The notes beneath the pieces were generated by a model. That model was not told the origin of the DNA. It worked only from the letters and a program-made list of their open reading frames with translations, and did no database searches. Below are positions 1 through 8,931 of a DNA stretch of 64,000 nt, piece after piece (position 1 is the stretch's first letter; the number at the start of each line of letters is the position of its first letter). Source of the DNA: Vulcanimicrobiota bacterium (GTDB taxonomy: Bacteria > Vulcanimicrobiota > Xenobia > Xenobiales > JADMJV01); assembly GCA_050250895.1 (NCBI GenBank), contig JBFWNU010000001.1:872008-936007 (forward strand). Reading direction: 5' to 3'. A program made the position numbers and the translations under genes.

Positions 1-47
1 TACCGAAAGAAGATGCGCCGGTATAATAGCCGAGTAAGGGAGCCACT

Positions 48-1016
48 ATGGATAGGATTAATCAACAGAACCTTCTCAATGCCGCCACCACACGCGCCCA
101 GTCGAGGGTGGCCGCAACCCACGGTCGCGCCGCTACAGGCGTCAAGAACGAAGAAGAGAAGAAGATCGAAAAGCCTGGCGATCAGGTCCACATCTCGACT
201 CCTCACGTAGCCGAAGGCGAGCCGGCCCACGAGCAGCCGCAGGCCGAAACCAGGACCCAGCCCGATGCCGCCAAGGCCGGAGCCAACCAGGCCCGCCAAG
301 AAACTCCCTACGAAAAGCTCGACCGCCTGAGCGAAAAGATGCTCAACACCATCGCTTCGAATTTCTCGGAAGAAGAGCAAAAAGAGCTGTCCGCCCGGGT
401 GGAAAAAGCTGGCGTGCCTCCCGAAGGCATCATTCCCGCTCTAGCCGAGAACGCCCGGGATATGGCCCTCGAAAAGGCCAACCAACTGGCCCCCAACACC
501 AGCGAAGCCGAAAAGCTCGAGATGGCCAAGACCAATCCCGAGATGGCCCGCCTGGGCCGCGTCGCGGGTAGCGCTCAGTCCTTCATTCAAGGCGCCCTGG
601 ATGTCGCTCAGCAGCGCCAGGGCCCAACCCCCGGCCCCAACGGACCTATTCCTGGTCAACCCGGACCAGGCCAACCCAACGGCTTTGGCCCCGGAATGCC
701 GCCCGGTGGGATGCCCCCTGGCGGAATGCCGCCCGGCTCCTCCGGCGTTCCCGGCATGCCCCCCGGCGGGATGCGCCCCGGCATGTCCGATGTAGAACTC
801 GCCCAGCAGATGGCTCAGCGCAAGCAAGAGATGGAGCAGGTTCGCACCATCTGGGCCGAAACGTGGGCCATGATGCAAAAAGAGATGATGAAGCGCTGGC
901 AGCTGATGCAAGATACTTTCACCGAGATCTCCAAGATCATCATGGACGTGTCGGTTTATCGCGCCCAAACCTTCTCTCGCGCCGCCGAAGCCTTCGACGC
1001 GTACCTGCGCTCTTAG
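48..1016 (+). CDS. hypothetical protein (low-complexity N-terminus, Pro/Gly/Met repeat linker, helical C-terminus)
   Basis: 322-aa ORF, AAGGAG-like RBS, followed by terminator hairpin; PGGMPP repeats. Confidence 0.8.
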   Translation: MDRINQQNLLNAATTRAQSRVAATHGRAATGVKNEEEKKIEKPGDQVHISTPHVAEGEPAHEQPQAETRTQPDAAKAGANQARQETPYEKLDRLSEKMLNTIASNFSEEEQKELSARVEKAGVPPEGIIPALAENARDMALEKANQLAPNTSEAEKLEMAKTNPEMARLGRVAGSAQSFIQGALDVAQQRQGPTPGPNGPIPGQPGPGQPNGFGPGMPPGGMPPGGMPPGSSGVPGMPPGGMRPGMSDVELAQQMAQRKQEMEQVRTIWAETWAMMQKEMMKRWQLMQDTFTEISKIIMDVSVYRAQTFSRAAEAFDAYLRS

Positions 1017-1027
1017 GGGTTATCAAG

Positions 1028-1057
1028 AAAAGACCCGGCTAGTCCGGGTCTTTTTTT
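1028..1057. terminator. bidirectional intrinsic terminator
   Basis: AAAAGACCCGG-ctagt-CCGGGTCTTTTTTT between convergent genes. Confidence 0.85.
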
Positions 1058-1620
1058 GTTTCGCGGCGCTTGTCGCGGCTGTGGTCGTGGGCCCGTTCCT
1101 TATCGGGTCGCCCAGGCATCTTGGCCGGTCCCTCCGGCGTGCAGGCCATGGCAATCTTGTAACGCTCGACCACAAAACCCATCCTGAGCGATTTCAGGTA
1201 GCTTCGTCGATTGGCCGCGGTGATTTCGGCGGTGACGTAGCGGTGCCCGGCCTGGCCCGACAACTGGGCCGCCTTGCGGGTCAGCATCGGGCCGGCCTGA
1301 GTGCCCCAGAACCTTTCCTCTACACCCAGGTCGAAGATGTAGCCCTGCCGCTCGCCGGTGCTTGGCTCGGTGTGATTGAGGTCGAGCAAGAGGTAGCCCA
1401 TCCTCTCGCCTGCATCGCGGTCCTCAGCGATCAGCACAACGAAGTCGTCACTGCTGCGGGCGCGTCCGAGCACCTGATCGGCGGTGGAACGCACGGTTGC
1501 CTTCACCGCCCGATTGGGAATATCGCGATTGACCGGGATGTTGTAGATCGAACTCTCGATCATCAAACGGCGGACGTAAGGAAAATCCTCTTCGTCCGCC
1601 TTGCGAATATAGATATCCAA
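1039..1620 (-). CDS. GNAT family N-acetyltransferase
   Basis: IRKADEED start, GYIFDLGVEERFWGTQAG acetyl-CoA motif A, N..S...GF motif B. Confidence 0.8.
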   Translation of the reverse strand: MDIYIRKADEEDFPYVRRLMIESSIYNIPVNRDIPNRAVKATVRSTADQVLGRARSSDDFVVLIAEDRDAGERMGYLLLDLNHTEPSTGERQGYIFDLGVEERFWGTQAGPMLTRKAAQLSGQAGHRYVTAEITAANRRSYLKSLRMGFVVERYKIAMACTPEGPAKMPGRPDKERAHDHSRDKRRETKKDPD

Positions 1621-1632
1621 GGACCCGACCGA

Positions 1633-2142
1633 CTACATCATAGTAGAGGAGTCGATGTACATCTCTTCGAGACGCTTGCGATTGTCGCGGTTGATGCGCA
1701 TCGCCTCGTTGATGTGATCGTTGCCCTGCCGGCAGATATCCAGGCCTTCTTCGAGATGAGCCACATCGAGGTCGTCGGCGAACAAAGCCATGCGAGCGAC
1801 CCCTTCGTGCCACAACTGGATACCGGTGAAGCCGACTTCGAGTTCCTCGCGGAAATCCTCGACCGCCTCAGGGGGAATCTCGATCTGGCGAATCTGCTCT
1901 TCGCGCTCGGCCAGCGTCTGAGCCAGCCCCTCGATGAACTCGGAAAACTGGTCCGTCGTCCACTCACCCGAGGCAGCCTTCTCTGCCGCCTCTTCGGCTT
2001 CGCGCAGCCGCTGGTCGACCGTATCAGGCTCGGGCTCACGGGCCTGCTGAGCCATTCTCGCTTGCTGGGGGTTGCTACCTTGCTCCACCTTATATTCCTC
2101 GGGGTTTTCCTGAATTTCGGCACAGGTTCGTCGATTCGCCAA
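1633..2142 (-). CDS. hypothetical acidic helical protein
   Basis: 169-aa ORF; resembles the upstream neighbour; start uncertain. Confidence 0.7.
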   Translation of the reverse strand: MANRRTCAEIQENPEEYKVEQGSNPQQARMAQQAREPEPDTVDQRLREAEEAAEKAASGEWTTDQFSEFIEGLAQTLAEREEQIRQIEIPPEAVEDFREELEVGFTGIQLWHEGVARMALFADDLDVAHLEEGLDICRQGNDHINEAMRINRDNRKRLEEMYIDSSTMM

Positions 2143-2171
2143 GCATTCCCTTCCTCAGAGCTTGCTAGCGA

Positions 2172-2621
2172 TCACACCGCAGGGCCTGCTCCCATCGAGT
2201 CAAGAAGCTCCTCCGCCGCCTCATCGAGCGTCAGGCACAACTCCCAGGCGTGAGCGATGCCGTCATTTAACATCGAATCGCCCTGGGCAGCCATCGCCAG
2301 CGCCCCGTCTTGAAGGCTCTTATCGGGACTAGAAGCCCATTGCTCCAACATGCTGATGGCCTGCAACTGATATTCGACCCCGCGCCGGCCCGCCTCGAAC
2401 AACTCCTTGCCCGCCAGCCAGGTCTCGGCGTCCAGGTTCGTCTCTGAGAATTCGGCCAGAATCGCCTGTCCGGCCATGCGCTCGCGCTGTAGATAGTCCA
2501 AGAATTCTTCCTGCGTGATGTCTCCGGTGCGGTATTCAAGAATCTTCTCGTTGAAATTCTCTTTCTTACCTGGTAGTCGAGGCAGGCCTCGTTCGCGCAT
2601 TTCTTCATGGAATGACGACAT
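2172..2621 (-). CDS. hypothetical acidic helical protein (paralog of 1633..2142)
   Basis: ORF trimmed to ATG 2621 (MSSFHEEM); shared motif spacing with the downstream gene. Confidence 0.7.
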   Translation of the reverse strand: MSSFHEEMRERGLPRLPGKKENFNEKILEYRTGDITQEEFLDYLQRERMAGQAILAEFSETNLDAETWLAGKELFEAGRRGVEYQLQAISMLEQWASSPDKSLQDGALAMAAQGDSMLNDGIAHAWELCLTLDEAAEELLDSMGAGPAV

Positions 2622-2871
2622 GTAGCGTCCATCTTCTGGCTTGCCCAGCTTTCCCCTCCGAAATTCCATCCTCCATACAACCCAAACCAACAGCATCAAA
2701 TCCTTACGCGATATAGCCTTGAGGCTTGTCGTCAAGACCAATCCCAGAATAAACCAGGAGCCGAACGCCAAGAACAAACTTTCGGCCGGCCTAAAAAAGG
2801 AATCGCCTGATGAGGACGGGAAGCCATTTAGGTCCTTTTTGGAATTATTTTCAACTAAAAGGAGAAACGAC

Positions 2872-3603
2872 TTGAGACAAAGTCTTCGAAATACGCTCAT
2901 AAAACTGGTTACCATCGGCATGTTATCTGGCTGGGCCCAGGCCGATATTCTCTACTCGGTGCGCCCTGGCGACTCCATCGAGAGCATTGCCAAAGCCTAC
3001 GGCCTGCAAACCGAAGAGATTTTGGCGGCCAACCCCAAACTTGGCGATCTGGCCGCCGGCCAGGTGCTGGTCCTACCCGAGAAAAGCCCGGAACGAGTCC
3101 AGGCCAGCGCCCCCGAAGACCCCCAACTGGTGTCCGGCGTTGACTACGATCCGCCCCAGGCCACCAAGGTCTCGATGCTCGACGAAAAAGAGCAGGCCGC
3201 CGCCCACCGGCGCCGCAGCCTGAGCGCTCGCCGCGGCCGCATGGTTCGTGGCATCACCTCGACCGCCACTCGCTTCATCGGCGTACCCTACCGCATGGGC
3301 GGCACTACTTCGCGCGCTTTTGACTGCTCGGGCTTCACCCAGGCGGTCTACCGCATCAACGGAATCACCCTGCCTCGCACCGCCGATGTGCAGTACAACG
3401 TCGGCAAGCGTGTTCCCAGCGGCAAAGAGGCCCCCGGCGACCTGGTCTTTTTTGAAACCTACCTGCCCGGCGCATCCCACTGCGGCATCTATTTGGGCAA
3501 CGGCAAATTTATTCACGCCTCGTCTTCGCGAGGGGTCACCATCAGCAGTTTGAGCGAGACCTATTATCGCAATCGATATCTCGGGGCCAAACGAGTCTTC
3601 TAG
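2872..3603 (+). CDS. LysM + NlpC/P60 peptidoglycan endopeptidase
   Basis: AAGGAG then TTG 2872; LysM YSVRPGDSIESIAKAYG; NlpC/P60 PYRMGG..FDCSGF, HCGIYLG..FIHASS. Confidence 0.92.
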   Translation: MRQSLRNTLIKLVTIGMLSGWAQADILYSVRPGDSIESIAKAYGLQTEEILAANPKLGDLAAGQVLVLPEKSPERVQASAPEDPQLVSGVDYDPPQATKVSMLDEKEQAAAHRRRSLSARRGRMVRGITSTATRFIGVPYRMGGTTSRAFDCSGFTQAVYRINGITLPRTADVQYNVGKRVPSGKEAPGDLVFFETYLPGASHCGIYLGNGKFIHASSSRGVTISSLSETYYRNRYLGAKRVF

Positions 3604-3695
3604 ACCGAGCCCGCGGCTGATTCCGAGGCGCCACCTGGCGCCTCTTTCATTTCCCAGTGCCAGGGTTTTTGGGAACAGCGCCTAAGTTGTCCCGT

Positions 3696-4079
3696 ATGAG
3701 CAGAGAAGATCGCTTACTGGCCACGCTGGCCTACCCGTTCTGGTATCTCGTGTACCCGCTGATCTACATGACCCCCGACAAACGCAACGATCCGTTTTTG
3801 CGCCACCATGCCTATCACGCCCTGTTCATGGGGCTCGGCCTATGGGTCGGAGGCATCCTTCTGCACACCGGGGTAGCCATCATCGGCAAGTTCTTTATCG
3901 TCTTCGGCATCCTGCTTTACCCCCTGGTCAAGCTTCTCAGCTATGCTGCGGTCGGCATGACGATCTACGCCATGTTCACGGCCTGGCAGGGCAAAAAGCT
4001 TTCCTTGCCCTACCTGAGCGAGTTTGCCGAGCCGTTCATCAACGAGAACGCCAGCAGCCTCCACTCCGACCAGGAATAA
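3696..4079 (+). CDS. small membrane protein, DUF4870/Tic20-like
   Basis: three hydrophobic segments, FLRHHAYHAL and AWQGK..LPY motifs. Confidence 0.7.
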   Translation: MSREDRLLATLAYPFWYLVYPLIYMTPDKRNDPFLRHHAYHALFMGLGLWVGGILLHTGVAIIGKFFIVFGILLYPLVKLLSYAAVGMTIYAMFTAWQGKKLSLPYLSEFAEPFINENASSLHSDQE

Positions 4080-4143
4080 AGCGCCGCCCTGCTTCTGGCG
4101 CCGACCGTTTTTGGACGAGGGAAGACTCTGGTCCACGAAAGGA

Positions 4144-4172
4144 TTGACGGCATCGGGCCGGTGTGCTAGACT
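4144..4172 (+). promoter_or_regulatory. sigma70-type promoter of tRNA-Leu
   Basis: TTGACG-N17-TAGACT with extended TG, 11 nt upstream of the tRNA. Confidence 0.75.
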
Positions 4173-4183
4173 CACCCCTGCCC

Positions 4184-4270
<87 letters not shown>

Positions 4271-4273
4271 GAT

Positions 4274-4300
4274 AAGCCCCGAAAGGGGCTTTCTTCATTT
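4274..4300. terminator. intrinsic terminator
   Basis: AAGCCCC-GAAA-GGGGCTT followed by T-rich tract. Confidence 0.85.
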
Positions 4301-4304
4301 TCTG

Positions 4305-5453
4305 CTACGGGTCGATGACCTCTAACAGACTGAACTGAAAGTGATCATAGACGGCGTCGAGCCCGTCGGCATGGAGCATCAACTCGGCCTCGACCGTGTC
4401 CAAGGCCCGATAGTAATCCTCGCGCTCGACCTCTTCTTCCGCGTAGCAGAGAGTATAGAATCGCAAAACCTCATAGAGACAGTTGAGCGCCAGCAGACGG
4501 CCCAAGCAGGAGCCGTGACCCAGAAACTTTCGATAGACCACGTGCTCGAAGTAGCGTCGGACCTGTGCGTCAAACCAGTCCGGCAGCGGCTTTGCCCCCA
4601 TCTGCAACTCGACCGACAGTCGCGGCGAGAAAAATGAACGACCCTGAGCCCAGGCTTCGGCCACCTCTCGTCGGGCCGGCCCGCCGGCCGGAACTTCGAC
4701 CACCGAGACCAGCGCCCCGGCTAGACCCCGGATCACCTCATCCGGCGGCTCGCCCACCTCGACCGCCTGAAAGCTCTCCAACTCGAAAGGCGTTTCGTCG
4801 TTGAGATGCTTGAGAAAGGCCATCCCCAAACTGACAGCCGCTTGCCACAGGGCATGCCTGAAGGGAGTCCTCCCCAAAAACTCGAGTACACGAGACTCGA
4901 CTCCACGATAGATCGGCCACGGGATCGCCACCCCGGGACCCAGAGGAATGGCCAACTCTTGCAACTGGCTGGGAGGATGCTCCAGGGCCAACTCTTCCAC
5001 AGCCACCTCGATATCGGCCCGATGCTCCTCCAGCGGGCGTCCCGAATCGCGCTGGACCGCCGAGCACAGAAAGGACATCCCGATAACGTAGCCCTCGGGC
5101 GTATTGATGGGATGAAAAGGAAACTGCCGGCAAGGCCGAGGCTTTGCCTCAAACCCCTGCTCCGCGTGAATCGAGCACAGACGGTCTTCTTGGAGAAACA
5201 AGCAGCGCCCGTCCTCATGTCGACCGATCACCTGCAGCCCGCTCTCGAGCGACTCGATGGGAGTGTAGCCCTGACGAGACAACCTTTGTCCCGGGCCACC
5301 TCGCCGAATGCCTTGCGCAGTCTCGGGCGTCACGACAATGGTCCAGCGAATCTCACAACCCTTGCCACACTGTAGACAGTCGTAGCGGAGGTCAGGCAGA
5401 TGGATGGGCCGTTTTTCAGTGGTCATGCCAGAGTCTTCGAAATTGTTGGGCAT
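4305..5453 (-). CDS. YkgJ/FliB-like cysteine-cluster protein
   Basis: CLQCGKGC, CLFL..LCSIH..G..KP..CRQFPF, SFLCS. Confidence 0.8.
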   Translation of the reverse strand: MPNNFEDSGMTTEKRPIHLPDLRYDCLQCGKGCEIRWTIVVTPETAQGIRRGGPGQRLSRQGYTPIESLESGLQVIGRHEDGRCLFLQEDRLCSIHAEQGFEAKPRPCRQFPFHPINTPEGYVIGMSFLCSAVQRDSGRPLEEHRADIEVAVEELALEHPPSQLQELAIPLGPGVAIPWPIYRGVESRVLEFLGRTPFRHALWQAAVSLGMAFLKHLNDETPFELESFQAVEVGEPPDEVIRGLAGALVSVVEVPAGGPARREVAEAWAQGRSFFSPRLSVELQMGAKPLPDWFDAQVRRYFEHVVYRKFLGHGSCLGRLLALNCLYEVLRFYTLCYAEEEVEREDYYRALDTVEAELMLHADGLDAVYDHFQFSLLEVIDP

Positions 5454-5599
5454 AGTTCATACTTTTGTTAAAACTGTTTACATTGGCAACAATACAACAA
5501 CATCTCCAGGTTAGCGCACGACTCGCGGAGAACGTAACCTTAAGCTAAGACAATAGGACCGACTAAAGTCGGCACTTAGAGCGAAGGAGACCCACATCG

Positions 5600-6418
5600 A
5601 TGGCCATCAAGAAAACCGGCGCCGCCCCCAAAGCTGCAGCACCCAAACCAGCCCCCAAGGCGCCCCCGAAAACCGACAACAAAGTAGCCAAAGGACCCGA
5701 GGTCAAAGCCGACAACAAGACCGACAAGACTGACGCCACTGGCAAGGTCGACGGCGACAAGAAGACTGATGCCAAAAAGGCTGAAGACCCGAAAGACAAG
5801 TCCGATATAGAAAAGGCTAAAAACGAGAAGCCTGAAACCAAGGAAGAGAAGGAAGCTCTCGAAAAAAGAATTGAAGATCTCGAAAAAGCCCTGGCCGCCA
5901 AAGAAGGCAAAGATGGCAAAGACGACCAGAAGGCCGAAGAGGCAGCCGGCAACGAAGGCGCCCAGCAGGCCGGAGGCGGTGCTCCCGCTCAGAACCAGGG
6001 TGGCGGTCAGCAAGACATCAACCAGGAACTCCAGGGCCTGGCTTCGGCTGTCCTTGGCGGCGGTGGTCAGGGCGGCGGACCCCAGGGTCCGGGCGGCGGT
6101 GGCCAGCAGGGCCCTCGCGGCATCCAGGCGGCCGGCGGCCCTCGCGGTGGCGGCGGCCCGGGCGGAGCCCAGGGTGGCGGTCAACTGAAGAACGTTCTCG
6201 CCAGCCGCTACGGCCAGGCTCTCCAGAACAACGCCAACGAGATCAAAGACGAGACCCACCAGCTGGTTCAGGCAGCCCTGGGCGGGGGCGGCGGTCTCGG
6301 CGGCGGCGGCCAGAATGGCCTCAACGCTCTCGGTGGCGCGCTCAACCAGTTGCTGGGAGGCGGCGGTCAGGGTGGTGGCCCGCTAGCTGGTCTCGGCGGC
6401 GGTCAGCGCCTCGGCTAA
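5600..6418 (+). CDS. hypothetical Lys/Asp-rich and Gly/Gln-rich low-complexity protein
   Basis: AAGGAG RBS, own terminator, 272 aa. Confidence 0.8.
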   Translation: MAIKKTGAAPKAAAPKPAPKAPPKTDNKVAKGPEVKADNKTDKTDATGKVDGDKKTDAKKAEDPKDKSDIEKAKNEKPETKEEKEALEKRIEDLEKALAAKEGKDGKDDQKAEEAAGNEGAQQAGGGAPAQNQGGGQQDINQELQGLASAVLGGGGQGGGPQGPGGGGQQGPRGIQAAGGPRGGGGPGGAQGGGQLKNVLASRYGQALQNNANEIKDETHQLVQAALGGGGGLGGGGQNGLNALGGALNQLLGGGGQGGGPLAGLGGGQRLG

Positions 6419-6438
6419 AAGGCTAATCGATGACTCTT

Positions 6439-6466
6439 CAGAAGCCCCTCCACGGAGGGGCTTCTG
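6439..6466 (+). terminator. hairpin terminator
   Basis: CAGAAGCCCCTC-cacg-GAGGGGCTTCTG. Confidence 0.7.
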
Positions 6467-6525
6467 TGTCTAAGGAAGGGTTTGCCGAACGTCTGGCTTC
6501 GTTATAATATAGAGTCAAGGACCTC

Positions 6526-8832
6526 ATGAACAAGGCCAACGTCGACCATAGAATTCGCATACTGGACAGGGCTATCGTCGACAATCCCGATGACGCCACG
6601 CTCTTGGTCAAGAAGGCGCGCTGCTACTCCGAGAAGGAAGACTACGCTCAAGCGGTGCGCCTTCTTGAGGCTGCCACCAAGATCGATAGCCACTATGCCC
6701 AGGCTAGCTTCGAATTGGGCATCGCCTACTCTCGACTCAAGAACTACGACAGCGCTATTCGCGAATGGGAAAAGATGGTCGACGCGGACGGTGACCTCAA
6801 TCTCGACGCCGTCGACTACAGTCGCTATCAAGCCATCGGCGGCGCCCTGGAGCGTTGGGCCGAATACCGCAAGGTCCGCGAAGAGAACATCTTCACCTAC
6901 TACAATCTCGGCATCGCCGCCATGGTCCTGGGCCGCGCCAAAGACGCTCTGCGAGCCTTTGACGAGGTCTCGAAGGTCAACACCTCCTTCGAGAAATGCC
7001 AGTATTACCGGGCCCGAATCTTGCGCCGAGAGAACAGAACCAGCGAAGCCATCACGGCCCTGACGAGATTTCTCGAATCGCGCCCCCGCGATCCTCACGC
7101 CAACTATCAACTCGGCCTGTGCCTGATGGAAGAGGGACGCACCAATCAGGCCATCAACTGCTTCAAGAAAGTGTTCGTAGACCGCCCCGAACACACCAAG
7201 AGCCACCTGCAGATGGCAGCCGCTTACGCCAACCTGATGCAGTTCGACGAGGCCATCGAGCACCTCCAGCGGGCCCTCAAGGTCAACTCGAATTCTCCCG
7301 AGGCTCACTATCAAATGGGGCAGTGTCTCGAGAAGAAATACCACATGGACGAGGCCTGCCAGGCCTACGAACGAGCCCTGGCCGCTCGCCCCGACTTCAA
7401 AGATGCCCACTTCTCGCTGGGGCTGCTGCAACGAACCCTGGCCCAGCACGAGAAAGCCCTTTTTCACCTCAACCGCACCGTCGAACTCGATCCCGAAGAG
7501 TCCGAGGCTTATTACTACAAGGGTATCGTGCTCTCGGATCTCAAACGTTACGACGAGGCCCTCAACCCGCTTCGCGAGGCAACCCAAAAGTCTCCCGACA
7601 ACGCCTTTGCTCACTATACGCTGGGCAAAGCATGCATGGGGTGCGGACACCTCGAAGAGGCCATCGGCTGCTTCCGCCGAGCCCTCGACATCAATCCCCG
7701 CGATGTCAAAGCCCGCACCGCGATGGGCCAGGCGTTTTTCGAACTCAATGAACTCACTCGCGCCAAGCGCCAATTCGAGAAGGTCATCGAATCCAATCCG
7801 AAAGAGGCCGAGGCCCACTATTTCTTGGGAGCCTGCGAATTTCGCCTCCACGACTATGGCCGCGCCATCGCCGCCTACCAAAAAGCGGCCCAGGTCAACC
7901 CGAAGAGCGCCCTCTACCATTTCACCCAGGGCGCCTTTTACTCGTACAACCGGCGCTACGACGAGGCCATCCAGTGGTTCATGCACGCTAGCGAAATCCG
8001 TCCCGAGAATGAAGCCGACCTCGGCATGTTCGCAACCCTGCAACTGCTGGCCACCGTCGGGATCGAGCACGCCCAGACCGGTATCGAATTACAGAAGTTC
8101 GCCAAGGAACGAGACCAGTTGTTCATGCGGTTCGTGCTGGCGCTGGCGCAATTTCTCGACGCCCGTGACCCTTACACCCGCTACCACTCGCGCCGAGTGG
8201 CGTCGATCGGCACCTTGCTGGCGCGGGACGGCCTGCAAAACATGGTCCGCACCGGCAAACTCGATCGCACCTACGTGCTGCCCAAGAACAAACTGGAAGG
8301 CATCTGGGTCGGCGGCTTGCTGCACGACATCGGCAAGATCGGAATTCGCGACAACGTTTTGCTCAAGAAGGGCAAGCTTGAGGACGATGAATACGAGAAG
8401 ATCAAGATGCACCCGGTCATCGGCTTCGAAGGCTTGCAGGGCGTAGACTTTCCCTGGCCTGAGGTGCTGCCCATCGTGCGCCACCATCACGAGAAATGGA
8501 ACGGTCATGGCTATCCCGACGGCAAAGCTCGCGACGATATCCCCTTCGAAGCCCAGATCATCGGCGTAGCCGACTTCTACGACGCACTGACCACTCACCG
8601 CCCTTATCGCCCCGCCTTTTCCGCGGACAAAGCCATGCGGATCATGATCGAAGAGAGCGGTAAATTCTTCAACCCCCTGCTGGTCGACGCCTTCGCCTCG
8701 ATTCTCGACACCGTGATGCTGCTGCCCGAGGCCCCCATCGACGAAACCGGCGAGTACGATTTCGCACCCTACGAGGAAGCTTTCGATAATCTACGAATCT
8801 CGTGGGGTTTCGGCGTTCCGGCCGCCACCTGA
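6526..8832 (+). CDS. TPR-repeat HD-GYP cyclic dinucleotide phosphodiesterase
   Basis: many TPRs; HS.RV, LHDIGKIG, HHEKWNGHGYPDG, VADFYDALT..RPYR. Confidence 0.93.
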   Translation: MNKANVDHRIRILDRAIVDNPDDATLLVKKARCYSEKEDYAQAVRLLEAATKIDSHYAQASFELGIAYSRLKNYDSAIREWEKMVDADGDLNLDAVDYSRYQAIGGALERWAEYRKVREENIFTYYNLGIAAMVLGRAKDALRAFDEVSKVNTSFEKCQYYRARILRRENRTSEAITALTRFLESRPRDPHANYQLGLCLMEEGRTNQAINCFKKVFVDRPEHTKSHLQMAAAYANLMQFDEAIEHLQRALKVNSNSPEAHYQMGQCLEKKYHMDEACQAYERALAARPDFKDAHFSLGLLQRTLAQHEKALFHLNRTVELDPEESEAYYYKGIVLSDLKRYDEALNPLREATQKSPDNAFAHYTLGKACMGCGHLEEAIGCFRRALDINPRDVKARTAMGQAFFELNELTRAKRQFEKVIESNPKEAEAHYFLGACEFRLHDYGRAIAAYQKAAQVNPKSALYHFTQGAFYSYNRRYDEAIQWFMHASEIRPENEADLGMFATLQLLATVGIEHAQTGIELQKFAKERDQLFMRFVLALAQFLDARDPYTRYHSRRVASIGTLLARDGLQNMVRTGKLDRTYVLPKNKLEGIWVGGLLHDIGKIGIRDNVLLKKGKLEDDEYEKIKMHPVIGFEGLQGVDFPWPEVLPIVRHHHEKWNGHGYPDGKARDDIPFEAQIIGVADFYDALTTHRPYRPAFSADKAMRIMIEESGKFFNPLLVDAFASILDTVMLLPEAPIDETGEYDFAPYEEAFDNLRISWGFGVPAAT

Positions 8833-8931
8833 TGGAGGAAACGGCGAGGATACAGCAGAAGTAAGTCTAGAATTTTATTCAATCTTGGCCGATTTCCGAA
8901 CAGAAATCGTGCAGGTAGGGGTGCTAGCAAC

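Noticed and set aside
5520-5590. sigma28 promoter upstream of the 5600 gene
   Set aside because: TAAG..ACCGACTA is only a partial match with off spacing.
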